DNA from: Bacteroidota bacterium
GTDB lineage: Bacteria > Bacteroidota > Bacteroidia > Chitinophagales > S012-47
Assembly: GCA_024276745.1 (NCBI GenBank)
Contig: JAJRWN010000120.1
Span: forward strand, 1 to 57,495
Direction: 5' to 3'
Length of the DNA stretch: 57,495 bases
Positions 38,728 to 49,523 of the stretch are shown piece after piece. The notes beneath the pieces were generated by a model. That model searched no databases. It was given only the letters and a program-made list of their open reading frames with translations, and had not been told where the DNA came from. A program made the translations under genes and the position numbers. Within the stretch, counting starts at the first letter, position 1. Each line of letters starts with the position of its first letter.

Positions 38728-39749
38728 TTGTTGCTTACTGAGGCATAATCGTTAAGAAAAGATTCTACATGATCCATCATAAGTTTAGAACCCATGAAAA
38801 TCGGTGTTCTTTGGTGAAGCTCTACAGGTTGTAATTCAAGTATTTTCTGATGACCGTTGGTAGCCCTGCCCCCCGCTTGTTCAACGATGAAGGAAAGCGG
38901 ATTGCATTCGTATAACATGCGCAGTTTACCGTTAGGATGTTCATAAGTAGCCGGATAAATAAATATGCCACCGGTAATCAGATTGCGATGTATATCGGCC
39001 ACCATAGAACCAATATAGCGTAGAGAGTACGGCCGGTTGCTGTCATCATCAATTTCCTGACACCACATGATAAATTGCTTTAAGCCTTCTTCAAATTTTT
39101 GAAAATATCCTTGATTCACCGAGTAGGTTTTTCCGGTTTCCGGCATTTGAATTTTGGGATGAGATAAACAAAATTCACCGATAGAGGGATCGAGGGTAAA
39201 ACCGTTTACTCCTTTTCCGGTAGTATATACCATCATGGTAGATGAACCGTAAATCACATACCCGGCAGCAACTTGTTCGCAACCTTTTTGTAAAAAATCT
39301 TCCAAAGTGCAAGGACCTGTTAATGATTTTCTTCTCAGAATACTGAAAATAGTACCGATAGACACATTTACATCAATATTCGAAGATCCGTCAAGCGGAT
39401 CGATACAAACGATGTATTGGGCATCGCGGGCATGAGGCGAATCAAGGGCAATATACTCATCGGTTTCTTCAGAAGCGATGCCACAACAATAACCGCCTAC
39501 TGTTAAAGCATGAATAAATTGTTCATTCGCAAAGACATCGAGTTTTTTCACTACTTCTCCCTGAATATTGTTATGTCCTGTGGTTCCGATAATATCTACT
39601 AATCCTGCCTTGTTTACTTCCCGGTTGACAATTTTTGCGGCCAGGGATATATCGCTCAATAAGCGTGTCAGATCTCCTGATGCAAAAGGAAACTCACTTT
39701 GTTTTTCTAAAACAAACTCATCAAGTGTCACCAGTTTTTTCTCTAACAT
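38724..39749 (-). CDS. fbp: Class 1 fructose-1,6-bisphosphatase
   Basis: 341 aa with [46 protein letters not shown] and GGIFIYP. Confidence 0.93.
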   Translation of the reverse strand: MLEKKLVTLDEFVLEKQSEFPFASGDLTRLLSDISLAAKIVNREVNKAGLVDIIGTTGHNNIQGEVVKKLDVFANEQFIHALTVGGYCCGIASEETDEYIALDSPHARDAQYIVCIDPLDGSSNIDVNVSIGTIFSILRRKSLTGPCTLEDFLQKGCEQVAAGYVIYGSSTMMVYTTGKGVNGFTLDPSIGEFCLSHPKIQMPETGKTYSVNQGYFQKFEEGLKQFIMWCQEIDDDSNRPYSLRYIGSMVADIHRNLITGGIFIYPATYEHPNGKLRMLYECNPLSFIVEQAGGRATNGHQKILELQPVELHQRTPIFMGSKLMMDHVESFLNDYASVSNK

Positions 39750-39852
39750 ATGCTTTGCAATTCTTTTACAAATATCTCTATTTTATTTATAAACCGGAAA
39801 TGGTCTTTCCACTGAATTGCTTTAATTTAGTTGCCGGAACAACAGCATCGTA

Positions 39853-40425
39853 ATGAAGCATGTTTTTTTTATCTTTTTCATCAGTTTTTTGTCAAATATT
39901 CTGGCATCGGCCCAGGATGGTTTGCCAACAAGAGGCATCCGGTCGGTAACCGATACTGCAGGTTTTGCCAAAGGACTGTATAAACCATTCAGGAAAAATA
40001 ACCTGAAAATTGCACCTGCTTTTTTTGGTCTTAGCCCCAAAGGAGCAACATTGAGCTATGAAACCGGCATGGGTGCATGGCCTTATTCGTTCCAATTATC
40101 GGCTAAGTATTTTTCCGGCACCGATTCGTCCGAATCGGCTTTTATGGAAATAAGAAAACATTGGCGTTTTGAATTGCAAACCCGTTTTTGGGGTATTCAT
40201 TTCATGGAGGGTATTTTTGTGGCTCCGCTTTTCGATGTTTACGATAATTTAGATCTCGGTGCTGGCGGTCTTTTTGGCTATCAGCATTTCTTTGCCGATT
40301 ATTTATTGCTCGAAATGTATGTAGGCGTGCAAAGCAGAAATTCAACGGATAATTACGCCTCTCCTATCTTCTTGCGCTATGGTTTTAGTCTTGGCTATTC
40401 GTTTTTCAATAAGCAAAACCGGTAA
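39853..40425 (+). CDS. Hypothetical exported protein, small outer-membrane beta-barrel-like
   Basis: 190 aa with a signal peptide (FISFLSNILASAQ), alternating aromatic/hydrophilic strands and a C-terminal SLGYSFF. Confidence 0.4.
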   Translation: MKHVFFIFFISFLSNILASAQDGLPTRGIRSVTDTAGFAKGLYKPFRKNNLKIAPAFFGLSPKGATLSYETGMGAWPYSFQLSAKYFSGTDSSESAFMEIRKHWRFELQTRFWGIHFMEGIFVAPLFDVYDNLDLGAGGLFGYQHFFADYLLLEMYVGVQSRNSTDNYASPIFLRYGFSLGYSFFNKQNR

Positions 40426-40431
40426 ACAGTT

Positions 40432-40887
40432 ATGTATCAGATAAGAATGGCATCAGAGAATGACCTCAGCAATATGCTTCAATTAATCCGGGAACTGGCC
40501 GACTATGAGAAAGCACCCGGTGAAGTTATCGTTTCGCTCCAAGATATGAAGCAGTATTTTAAAGAACATCGTTTTGAAGCTTTTCTTGCCGTTTCGTCTG
40601 AACATCAGATTTTGGGTATGGCATTGTTTTATTGGTCTTATTCCACCTGGAAAGGAAAAATTGTTTATCTCGATGATTTGGTGGTTACCCATTCGCAAAG
40701 AAGAAAAGGTATTGGTGAAGCCTTATTTGACAAATTGATTGATTATTGCAAAATTCAAAAAGCTAATCAATTGCGCTGGCATGTACTTGATTGGAATAAA
40801 CCTGCCATTGATTTTTATAAAAAGCACCATGCCGATCTTGATGAATCATGGATAACCTGCAAATTTGAAAAAGAACACTTACGATAA
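40432..40887 (+). CDS. GNAT-family N-acetyltransferase (SSAT-like)
   Basis: 151 aa with LIRELADYEKAP and LVVTHSQRRKGIGEALF (acetyl-CoA binding Q/RxxGxG). Confidence 0.8.
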   Translation: MYQIRMASENDLSNMLQLIRELADYEKAPGEVIVSLQDMKQYFKEHRFEAFLAVSSEHQILGMALFYWSYSTWKGKIVYLDDLVVTHSQRRKGIGEALFDKLIDYCKIQKANQLRWHVLDWNKPAIDFYKKHHADLDESWITCKFEKEHLR

Positions 40888-42170
40888 TGAGTAATCAAAG
40901 CATACAAGTATTTAAGTTTGGTGGTGCTTCGTTGCAGAATATGGAGCACATCAGGAAGGTGATTAATATTATCAGGAAGCATTCGAGCCATCATGAGTCT
41001 TTATTGATTGTGCTGTCTGCCGCTGGAAAATCCACCAATTATTTTGAGGAGATATTGCATCTGTGGATCAAGCATGATAAAAATGTTTTGCAACGCTTCG
41101 ATACCTTGATTGCAGCCTATTATCTCAATATTCTCCATGCTTACCGGGAAGAGATAAAACCAGATAATCGTTTTAAACAATTTTACCGGGAAGCCAGCCT
41201 ATTACTGCAAAACCCGGCTCCTGATGATGAAGCGCTTGCCTACGATATGTTGGTTAGCTATGGAGAATTGCTCACTAGTTCATTAATACATCAAATTCTC
41301 AGGCTCGAAGGTTTTAATATGCTTTGGCAAGATGCACGTAAAATATTAAAAACCGACCGGCATCATCGTGCCGGAAAGGTCAACTGGGATATAAGCAAAC
41401 AAAATGTCGATCATTATTTAGCCAAAAAATTATCGCAATCCATGGTAATCACTCAGGGATTTATTGCTTCTGATGATCTGGATCAAAATATTACATTGGG
41501 TCGAGAAGGTTCCGATTATTCGGCAGCACTTTTTGCCGCTATGCTCAATGCCGAATCGGTAACGGTTTGGAAAGATGTACCCGGTCTTATGACTGCCGAC
41601 CCTCACCTTTATCACAATGCTGTTTTAATCGACACTGTATCATATCGCGATGCTATTGAGATGACTTATTACGGTGCCAAAATTATTCATCCTAAAACAT
41701 TAAAACCACTTGAAAACAAGCAAATTCCATTGTTTGTAAAAGCTTTTGACAGCCCTGATTCGGAAGGAACTAAGATTTGTAAACTGGCAGATTTGGATAA
41801 AAAAATCCCCCCTGTATGTGTGAGTAAGCAAGATCAGGTTTTAATCCGTTTGTCAACACTTGATCTTTCTTTTGTTTCCGAAGAACATCTTGGTATTATT
41901 TATACTCATTTTGCCCGGCATAGGATTAAACTCAATATGGCAAGAGTAACGGCTATAAGTTTTGATGCTTGTTTTGATTATGTTGCGGCTTTATTTGATT
42001 CTATTGTTTCCGGACTATCGAAATACTTTAAAATCGAGGAGATTCATCATCTCGATTTGCTCACTTTTATTGAGTATGACTTGCCAACTATTGAAAAAAT
42101 CAGAACAAACAAAGAAGTGGTTCTTGAAGAAAAGAACGAAAGAGTGGCACATATACTGATAAAGCATTGA
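40887..42170 (+). CDS. Aspartate kinase (monofunctional, with C-terminal ACT-like region)
   Basis: 427 aa with VFKFGGASL, VLSAAGKSTN, TLGREGSDYSAALFAA, VWKDVPGLMTADP and AKIIHPKT. Confidence 0.85.
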   Translation: MSNQSIQVFKFGGASLQNMEHIRKVINIIRKHSSHHESLLIVLSAAGKSTNYFEEILHLWIKHDKNVLQRFDTLIAAYYLNILHAYREEIKPDNRFKQFYREASLLLQNPAPDDEALAYDMLVSYGELLTSSLIHQILRLEGFNMLWQDARKILKTDRHHRAGKVNWDISKQNVDHYLAKKLSQSMVITQGFIASDDLDQNITLGREGSDYSAALFAAMLNAESVTVWKDVPGLMTADPHLYHNAVLIDTVSYRDAIEMTYYGAKIIHPKTLKPLENKQIPLFVKAFDSPDSEGTKICKLADLDKKIPPVCVSKQDQVLIRLSTLDLSFVSEEHLGIIYTHFARHRIKLNMARVTAISFDACFDYVAALFDSIVSGLSKYFKIEEIHHLDLLTFIEYDLPTIEKIRTNKEVVLEEKNERVAHILIKH

Positions 42171-42223
42171 GAGGCATAATTTTATTTCTCGAGCCTGCAA
42201 GAAAATACTGCTTATCTAATGAT

Positions 42224-42733
42224 TCAGGTTTCGTAATCAAAAGCTTTAGGCATTGAAAAGATTTCATGATAAATCATGGCCTCCATAGCATCGAATTCGA
42301 TGGAATCACTTTCTGTGGTTTGTGCATTATAATCAAATGATTTAACCGGCTTATCCATTTCTTGGTTTATAGGAAGTATTCTGTTGCTTTCAAGTTGCTT
42401 TGCCTTCTTTTCCATAAAAATTTGCAGGTCACTTTTCAATGCCGGTTTACCAATCAGTGTTTCCTGTTCGTCTTCCAGTATTTTTTCTTGTACCGGTTCA
42501 GCCACTTCGTTTTGCACCGGATATTGAATCACTTCGGCTTCATCATTTTCTTCTTCCTCATCGCTCTGCATCGCTTCTTTAATCATTTCTTGCAATGATT
42601 TGGGCTTTTTTGAAGAAGGCATTTTCTCTTGATTCTTTTTTTTATTTGCCCTTAGAATAGGCATAATGATAAAGAAGAAAAGAAATGCAATCAGGGAGAA
42701 TATATCTGCCGTACTATTTTCTATAATAATCAT
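42224..42733 (-). CDS. Hypothetical protein with an N-terminal TM anchor and an acidic tail
   Basis: 169 aa. It has one TM helix, then a K-rich patch, then an E/D/Q-rich sequence. Its start shares the A of the upstream TAA stop (TAATG). Confidence 0.4.
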   Translation of the reverse strand: MIIIENSTADIFSLIAFLFFFIIMPILRANKKKNQEKMPSSKKPKSLQEMIKEAMQSDEEEENDEAEVIQYPVQNEVAEPVQEKILEDEQETLIGKPALKSDLQIFMEKKAKQLESNRILPINQEMDKPVKSFDYNAQTTESDSIEFDAMEAMIYHEIFSMPKAFDYET

Positions 42734-44097
42734 TAGTCTATTACGATTGTTTTAATGTTCACAAATTCTTTGATGCCGTATGCACCCAATTCTCTTCCGT
42801 AGCCTGATTTCTTAATACCTCCGAAAGGAAGCCGTGGATCAGAACGGACCATGCTATTGACAAATATATTGCCGGCTTCAATCTTTTTTGCCATTCTCAA
42901 TGCTTGTTCATGGTTTTCAGTCCATACCGATGCACCTAAACCAAAATCTGTATGATTAGCTATCCGGATGGCTTCTTCCTCATCTTTCACCTGCATAACT
43001 GAGGCAACCGGGCCAAAGACTTCTTCTTTGAATACAGGCATATCCTCGTTTACATGGCAAAGTATCGTTGCCGGATAAAAATAACCTTTTCCTTTAATTT
43101 TCACACCACCCATTTCTAGCTTAGCTCCTTTTCTTATCGAATATTTTAATTGTCGTTGCAAGGCTTTCAGCAAATCTTCTCTCGCCAGTGGGCCTAGTTT
43201 GGTTTTTTCTTTCATCGGATCACCGGGTTTTAATTTATGCATTTCTTTTTTCAAAAGTTTCATAAAACTTTTATAAACATCCTGCTCTACGAGAAATCTT
43301 TTTGCAGCTATACAACTTTGACCGGCATTAAGCATGCGGGAAAAAACAGCTGTTTCGGCAGCCCGCTTCAGATTGGCATCTTTCATTACGATAAAAGGAT
43401 CGCTACCGCCAAGTTCGAGCACAGATTTTTTTATGTATTTTCCGGCTGTTTCCGCTATTTCGGAACCGGCCTTTAAGCTGCCGGTAAGGCTTACAGCACT
43501 CACTCTGTCGTCTTGCAATAATTTTCTGGCCCGGTAAGGAGTTGTTAGTAGTGATTGAAACATGCCTTTAGGAGCACCTGCTTCTCTGAAAAGCTGGTCA
43601 ATGGCCAGAGAACATTGAGGCACATTAGAAGCATGTTTTAATAAAATAACATTTCCGGCCATTAGTGCAGGAGCGGCAAAACGGAATACTTGCCAAAATG
43701 GAAAATTCCAGGGCATGATGCCCAATATAATACCCAAGGGTTCGAAACTTACATGGCTGCTGTCGCTGTCGGTACTAATTAAATCATCTCTTAAAAACAA
43801 CTTAGTTTCCCGGGCAAAATATTTGCATACCAAAGCACATTTTTCAATTTCAGCCCTGCTTTCGCTTATCGGTTTACCCATTTCTTGCGTAATCAAGGTG
43901 GCATAGAAGTCTTTTTTCTGCAATAAAATATCAGCTATTTTTTCTAAATATTTCGAACGAACCGGAAAAGCAAAACTTTTCCATACAGAAAAATATTCAC
44001 CGGCTGTGTGTAGTTTTTCCTGTATTGATGACCAGTACTCTTCTTTAAAGGTTTTTAAAGTCTCTCCCGTAGCCGGATTTACTGATTTCAAAGCCAT
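42733..44097 (-). CDS. NAD(P)-dependent aldehyde dehydrogenase (succinate-semialdehyde dehydrogenase-like)
   Basis: 454 aa with FPFWQV, LKHASNVP, ELGGSDPFIV (catalytic Glu), NAGQSCIAAKRF (catalytic Cys) and EEVFGPV. Confidence 0.88.
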   Translation of the reverse strand: MALKSVNPATGETLKTFKEEYWSSIQEKLHTAGEYFSVWKSFAFPVRSKYLEKIADILLQKKDFYATLITQEMGKPISESRAEIEKCALVCKYFARETKLFLRDDLISTDSDSSHVSFEPLGIILGIMPWNFPFWQVFRFAAPALMAGNVILLKHASNVPQCSLAIDQLFREAGAPKGMFQSLLTTPYRARKLLQDDRVSAVSLTGSLKAGSEIAETAGKYIKKSVLELGGSDPFIVMKDANLKRAAETAVFSRMLNAGQSCIAAKRFLVEQDVYKSFMKLLKKEMHKLKPGDPMKEKTKLGPLAREDLLKALQRQLKYSIRKGAKLEMGGVKIKGKGYFYPATILCHVNEDMPVFKEEVFGPVASVMQVKDEEEAIRIANHTDFGLGASVWTENHEQALRMAKKIEAGNIFVNSMVRSDPRLPFGGIKKSGYGRELGAYGIKEFVNIKTIVID

Positions 44098-44293
44098 AAA
44101 AAAGCTGTTTTCAGTTTAATAAATTCCCATTCCGGTTCAAATGTAATTGAAAGGTAGCAAATAAAGGTATAGAAGATTCATATTTCTTGGCTAAAAACAG
44201 GACTAATTAATTTCGATAAAAAGTCTGTATTCTTGCATAAAAGCAATTTTCAGAAAGCTACTTTTACAAAATTCTGTACAAGCGCTTAATATC

Positions 44294-47200
44294 ATGCGAC
44301 TATCAACATTAGAAATTAAAGGATTTAAAAGTTTTGCCGATAAAACAATTATTCATTTTAACAATGACATTACCGGTATTGTAGGGCCAAACGGATGTGG
44401 TAAATCAAACATTGTAGATGCTATTCGATGGGTATTGGGTGAGCAGAAACCTAGTATCCTGCGATCTGATAAAATGGAAAATTTGATTTTTAATGGCAGC
44501 AAAGGCAGGAGATCATCAAGCCTGGCCGAAGTATCGCTGACTTTCGACAATACTAAAAATATATTGCCTACTGAATATTCAAAAGTTACGGTAAGCCGCT
44601 TGTATTACCGCAATGGTGAAAGTGAATACCGCCTGAACAATGTACCCTGCAGGCTGAAAGATATAACGGGTATTTTTATGGATACGGGTATAGGCTCTGA
44701 TAGTTATGCCATTATCGAACTGAAAATGATTGATCAGATTCTGAATGATAAAGAAAACTCAAGACATAAATTATTTGAACAGGCTGCAGGTATTGAAAAA
44801 TATAAATCGCATAAAAAGAAAACACTGCAAAAGCTCAGTAATACAGAGGGAGATTTAAACAGGGTAGAAGATTTATTATTTGAAATTGAGAACAATTTAA
44901 AAGTACTCGAATCGCAAGCACGAAAAACCAAGCGATATTATAAACTCAAAGAACACTACAAAGCATTAAGCATTCAGCTGGCGGTGCTATTACTGGCCGA
45001 CCAACAAAGTATTTATCAAAGACTGAATAAGCAAATCGCTGAAGCCGGAGATGCACGACTTGAAACGGACACTTCTGTGAAGAAACTGGAATCCTTGCTT
45101 GGACAGCAGAAGACCGGAAATTTAAGCCAGGAAAAAATACTGCAGACTAAACAAAAAGCACTGAATACCGGAAATGCCCGCTTGCAGGATATAGAAAACG
45201 AAAAAAAATTACTGGTAGAAAAACGCAGATATCTGCAGGAGCGGAACAAAACCCTTGAAACGCATATCCGGGAAGCCAATCAACGATTGAAAAAGTTAAA
45301 CACCACTGTTGATCAATTAATAGCTTCGAAACTGATAGAAAACACAAAGCTTGAACAAGCCCGTAAATCTGCCAATTCGATAAAAGAGGAGCTGGAACAA
45401 GCTCATGCTGTTCATGAGGAAAGCCGCAACAAACTCAGCGAACTCAGCCGGGCAACAGAAATCATCAAGCAAAATATTAATGATTTAGAGAAAGCTCAAG
45501 CGGTGAATGAAGTACAAATAAAAACCCTTGATTCGGAAATTAACAGCAGCGGAAAAAGCAGTGAAACCGGTAAATCTGATTTAGATGCTTTAAAAAAATC
45601 ATTAAATGCTGTACGGAAAGAAAAAGCAGAAATAGAACAAGGATTAAAAATATTAGAAGATCAAGCAAAAAGAAACGAACAGCAAAAAGAAGAAGCGGTT
45701 CAGCTTATCGATAAATTGAAACAAGAATTGGTAAACCTGAACCGTACACTTGATGCCAAAAAGAATGAACAACAGCTTACTAAAAATCTACTTGAAAATT
45801 TATCAGGCTTTCCTGAATCAATCCGTTTTCTGAAAAAAGAATCTCCTTATACCCGTGAAGCACCTTTGTTATCAGATATAATCAGCTGCAAGGATGAGTA
45901 CCGCATTGCCATCGAAAGTTTTCTTGAGCCTTACTTAAACTATTACATCGTCAATAATTTGGAAGAAGCCGTTTTTTCAATCAATCTGCTTAACGATGCA
46001 AGCCGGGGAAGAGCTCACTTCTTTTTACTCAACGAATTTAAAGACTATAAGGCCTTTTCATTCTTATCTAATGCGAAAGGATTTCCTGCTTTGGAATTGG
46101 TAGAAACCGATGCCAAATACGAAAAACTCAGTGCCTATCTGCTCGACCGGGTTTTGCTTATAAATGATTTGAACGACATTCAACAAGCTGACCGCGATAA
46201 TGGAATAACTTTTCTGAGCAAAAACGGCAAATTTATCAGAGGCAAATATGCCCTTTCCGGGGGCTCGGTAGGTTTGTTTCAAGGAAAAAGACTGGGAAGG
46301 GCAAAAAACCTGGAAAGATTGAATAAGGAAATTGAAGAACTCGAAGAGAAAGCACTTTCGCTGCTCAACAAGATTCAATCTGAAGAAAAAGCATTGGCAG
46401 AATTAAAAACGCTGAGCAAACAAAATGAAATTATAAGCCTGAAAGAACGTCTTCATCAACTGCTAAAGCAAGAAATAGAAGACAGTACCCGGACCGAACA
46501 TATTAGCCAAATGCTCAACGACCGGGAAGGAAAAAGAATTTGGGCAATTAAGAAAATTGCCGAAATTAAAGAAAATGCAAAAGCACTGAACCTTGAAATA
46601 GAGCAGAAAAACCTGAGCTATACCCATAGTCTCGAAGCACTTGACCAACAACAAATTATTTTTGACAATACCGACCGGAATGTTCAAAAATTATCAGCCG
46701 CTTTCAACGATGCCAATATCGAATTCCATAAACAGACCAATATCCTGAACAGCCTGGTACAGGAATTGGAATATACTACCAGGCAATTAGACCAAACGCA
46801 AAAGGATATTGCTGAAAATAATGCCGAAAAAAGTAGTAATCTTCAAACTGTATCGGATCAGGACAAACGGCTTGAGCGCATTGAAGAAGAATTGATAAAT
46901 GCTTATGACAATAAGGAAAAACTTGAAAAAGAACTGACTGATGCCGAAACAAACTATTATCAATCAAGAGGTTCTATCAATGAGTTGGAATCAAAAATCA
47001 GGCAACTGAACCGGCAAAAAGATCAATACGATTTGTTATTAGGCGAACTAAAAGAAAAATTAAACCGGCTAAAACTTGATTTGGCATCCATGAAAGAACG
47101 TTTAAAAATTGAATTTGATGTAGAAATGGAAACATTGCTCGATATGGAACCGGAAGAAGGACTGGATTTGGATACAATCAGAACATCTGTAGAAAGAACT

Positions 47201-47824
47201 AAAAACAAGCTGGATCATTTTGGAGAAATCAATCCCATGGCTATCGAAGCTTTTGAAGAAATGAAAAAACGATATGATTTTATTCATGACCAAAGAGCCG
47301 ATTTGCTGGAAGCCCGCGAAAATCTGATCAGTACGATAAAAGAAATCGACAAAACAGCCATTACGCATTTTATGGATGCTTTCAATCAGGTTCAAACCTA
47401 TTTTCAAAAAGTATTCCGCTCTTTATTCAACGAAGAAGATCAATGCAGTATTGAATTGCAAGACCCATCGAAACCACTCGATTCGCTGATTGAAATAACG
47501 GCCAAACCCAAAGGGAAAAAGCCACAATCCATCAATCAATTGTCGCAAGGAGAAAAATCACTTACCGCTATTGCACTCTTGTTTTCGCTATATCTCGTAA
47601 AACCGGCACCATTCTGTATTTTCGATGAAGTGGATGCGCCTTTGGATGATATCAATGTAGATAAGTTTATCAAAATAGTGCATGATTTTGCCAACGAATC
47701 ACAATTTATTTTGGTGACACACAACAAAAAAACTATGAGTAAAGTAGATTCTATTTATGGCGTAACAATGGCTGAAGCAGGAATATCAAAGGTAGTTCCG
47801 GTAAGCTTTGCACAGCTTAATTAA
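44294..47824 (+). CDS. smc: Chromosome segregation protein SMC
   Basis: 1176 aa with an N-terminal FKSFADKT...GPNGCGKSNIVDAIRWVLGEQ, long K/E/Q coiled coils, a central hinge, and a C-terminal LSQGEKSLTAIALLF (signature) plus FCIFDEVDAPLDD (Walker B). Confidence 0.97.
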   Translation: MRLSTLEIKGFKSFADKTIIHFNNDITGIVGPNGCGKSNIVDAIRWVLGEQKPSILRSDKMENLIFNGSKGRRSSSLAEVSLTFDNTKNILPTEYSKVTVSRLYYRNGESEYRLNNVPCRLKDITGIFMDTGIGSDSYAIIELKMIDQILNDKENSRHKLFEQAAGIEKYKSHKKKTLQKLSNTEGDLNRVEDLLFEIENNLKVLESQARKTKRYYKLKEHYKALSIQLAVLLLADQQSIYQRLNKQIAEAGDARLETDTSVKKLESLLGQQKTGNLSQEKILQTKQKALNTGNARLQDIENEKKLLVEKRRYLQERNKTLETHIREANQRLKKLNTTVDQLIASKLIENTKLEQARKSANSIKEELEQAHAVHEESRNKLSELSRATEIIKQNINDLEKAQAVNEVQIKTLDSEINSSGKSSETGKSDLDALKKSLNAVRKEKAEIEQGLKILEDQAKRNEQQKEEAVQLIDKLKQELVNLNRTLDAKKNEQQLTKNLLENLSGFPESIRFLKKESPYTREAPLLSDIISCKDEYRIAIESFLEPYLNYYIVNNLEEAVFSINLLNDASRGRAHFFLLNEFKDYKAFSFLSNAKGFPALELVETDAKYEKLSAYLLDRVLLINDLNDIQQADRDNGITFLSKNGKFIRGKYALSGGSVGLFQGKRLGRAKNLERLNKEIEELEEKALSLLNKIQSEEKALAELKTLSKQNEIISLKERLHQLLKQEIEDSTRTEHISQMLNDREGKRIWAIKKIAEIKENAKALNLEIEQKNLSYTHSLEALDQQQIIFDNTDRNVQKLSAAFNDANIEFHKQTNILNSLVQELEYTTRQLDQTQKDIAENNAEKSSNLQTVSDQDKRLERIEEELINAYDNKEKLEKELTDAETNYYQSRGSINELESKIRQLNRQKDQYDLLLGELKEKLNRLKLDLASMKERLKIEFDVEMETLLDMEPEEGLDLDTIRTSVERTKNKLDHFGEINPMAIEAFEEMKKRYDFIHDQRADLLEARENLISTIKEIDKTAITHFMDAFNQVQTYFQKVFRSLFNEEDQCSIELQDPSKPLDSLIEITAKPKGKKPQSINQLSQGEKSLTAIALLFSLYLVKPAPFCIFDEVDAPLDDINVDKFIKIVHDFANESQFILVTHNKKTMSKVDSIYGVTMAEAGISKVVPVSFAQLN

Positions 47825-47881
47825 TCAAAACATTTTTTTATCTCTTTCATTCTGCAACAGGGTGCCTATATTAGCATATTG

Positions 47882-48829
47882 ATGCAAAAGCTCGAAACAT
47901 ACAAAAGATTCTGCCGGCAAAACCCGGACATTCCGTTTTATCTCCGCTATGAATGGCTTGAAGCAGCTTCCAATGGCAATAAATGGGGCATTAGCATCAT
48001 AGAAAAAGGAGCTAAAGTATTTGCTTTCATGCCCTGGTTTCTGAGGAAAAAAAGGGGCTTTACCCTCTCCTATCAACCCTTTTTGATTCCTTATCTCGGG
48101 CCGTTTATTTTCTATCCCGATGCGCAGAAAACAAGCACCCGTTTGAGTTGGGAAAAAGAAATGATGGATAAGCTAATTAATCAATTACCCAAAGCAGGTT
48201 ACTTTAATCAGGCTTTCCGGCCTGATATATTGAATTGGCTGCCCTTTTACTGGAAAGGATTTCAGCAAAGCACAAGATATACCTACCAGCTGGATTTAAA
48301 TGAGAGCCGGCAAACCCTATGGAATGGATTGAAAGACAATATAAGACGACAAATCAAAAAGGCAGAAAAAAACTTAAGCATCACATCTTCAAATAATTTA
48401 AACCCTTTGCTTGAACTAAAGCATAGGCAAGCCAAAAAGCAAGGGAAGAAATTTCATATTGCCGATGATTATGCCAAAAGGCTTTTTGATATTTCGCTGA
48501 AAAATAAGGAAGCCACCTTATGGTATGCCAAAGATGTTCAAAACCGCATACATGCCGGTATATGGATCGTTACAGATGCCAATAGTGCTGTTTATTTGAT
48601 GGGAAGCAGTCACCCGGATTACAAACAAAGCGGTGCGATGAGCTTGCTAATGTGGACTGCTATATTGGCTGCCAAAGAAAAGAAAGTAATAAAATTCGAT
48701 TTTGAGGGAAGCATGATAAAATCGGTAGAACGCTTTTTCAGAAGTTTCGGAGCCGGTCAAATACCTTACTTTGAAATATCCAAAATCAGAAATCCACTTT
48801 TCTATCTTTACCTTTATTTTAAAAAGTAA
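47882..48829 (+). CDS. GNAT-fold / FemAB-like (BioF2-like acetyltransferase domain) protein
   Basis: About 315 aa. The size and the C-terminal half (LWYAKD...IHAGIWIVTDANSAVYLMGSSHPDYKQSGAMSLLMW...FDFEGS) resemble FemAB/Acetyltransf_6 proteins. The assignment is from memory. Confidence 0.45.
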   Translation: MQKLETYKRFCRQNPDIPFYLRYEWLEAASNGNKWGISIIEKGAKVFAFMPWFLRKKRGFTLSYQPFLIPYLGPFIFYPDAQKTSTRLSWEKEMMDKLINQLPKAGYFNQAFRPDILNWLPFYWKGFQQSTRYTYQLDLNESRQTLWNGLKDNIRRQIKKAEKNLSITSSNNLNPLLELKHRQAKKQGKKFHIADDYAKRLFDISLKNKEATLWYAKDVQNRIHAGIWIVTDANSAVYLMGSSHPDYKQSGAMSLLMWTAILAAKEKKVIKFDFEGSMIKSVERFFRSFGAGQIPYFEISKIRNPLFYLYLYFKK

Positions 48830-48833
48830 TTTT

Positions 48834-49508
48834 TTAAAGAAATTTTTTCTTTTTCTTCAGATGTTTCAATACTTTGGCATCAAGATAAAAAATAATTTCT
48901 TCGGCAAGGTTCGTTACCTGATCGCCTATCCGTTCCAATTTTCTGATAATCGATACCGATGCCAGGATTTCTTTACTGTATGCCGTATCTTTCATCAGTA
49001 AATTGGGAGCAATTTGAGTAGCATGCTGGTTAAGTTTATCAAGTTGCCGGTCTTGTTTAAACAAACTGGCGGCCACATTGGTATTTTCCAGTACGAATGC
49101 TTCAATAGCATTGTCGAACATTTCGATACAGATATCAAACATTTTGACGGTTTCGAATGCATCGATATAGGCTTTTTTAAACGGTTTATCCATCCCGATA
49201 ATATATTTGGCAATACCTTCCACATTATCACCCATTCTTTCCAAATCGGTATTTGATTTTAGCATGGCAATTACAAAACGAAGGTCAATAGCTACAGGAT
49301 TATATAAAGCAATGATATTTTCGCAAAGCTGATCATTGGCCAGCTCCATTTCATTCACCCGTTTTTCATTCTCAACAATAGTTTTGGCAATATCTGTATC
49401 AAAATCCAAATAAGCCTGCCGGCTAAGCAGTAGTTGAGATCTGACCAAATGTGCCATATCTATCATAGATTCCTTTAATTCGAAAATAGCATGTTGTAAA
49501 TTAGACAT
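48834..49508 (-). CDS. phoU: Phosphate signalling complex protein PhoU
   Basis: 224 aa with two PhoU repeats, each carrying an E(R)xGD motif (DLERMGDNV, KLERIGDQV). It is the last gene of the pst operon. Confidence 0.9.
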   Translation of the reverse strand: MSNLQHAIFELKESMIDMAHLVRSQLLLSRQAYLDFDTDIAKTIVENEKRVNEMELANDQLCENIIALYNPVAIDLRFVIAMLKSNTDLERMGDNVEGIAKYIIGMDKPFKKAYIDAFETVKMFDICIEMFDNAIEAFVLENTNVAASLFKQDRQLDKLNQHATQIAPNLLMKDTAYSKEILASVSIIRKLERIGDQVTNLAEEIIFYLDAKVLKHLKKKKKFL

Positions 49509-49523
49509 GAGCGTAAAGATTAA

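Noticed and set aside
44353-47727. Numerous 60-104-aa antisense or alternative-frame ORFs inside smc
   Set aside because: The A/G-rich coiled-coil coding sequence is poor in stop codons in other frames. None has motifs or its own promoter.
47825-48076. 83-aa minus-strand ORF after smc
   Set aside because: It overlaps the 5' end of the better-supported 316-aa plus-strand gene and has no recognisable features.
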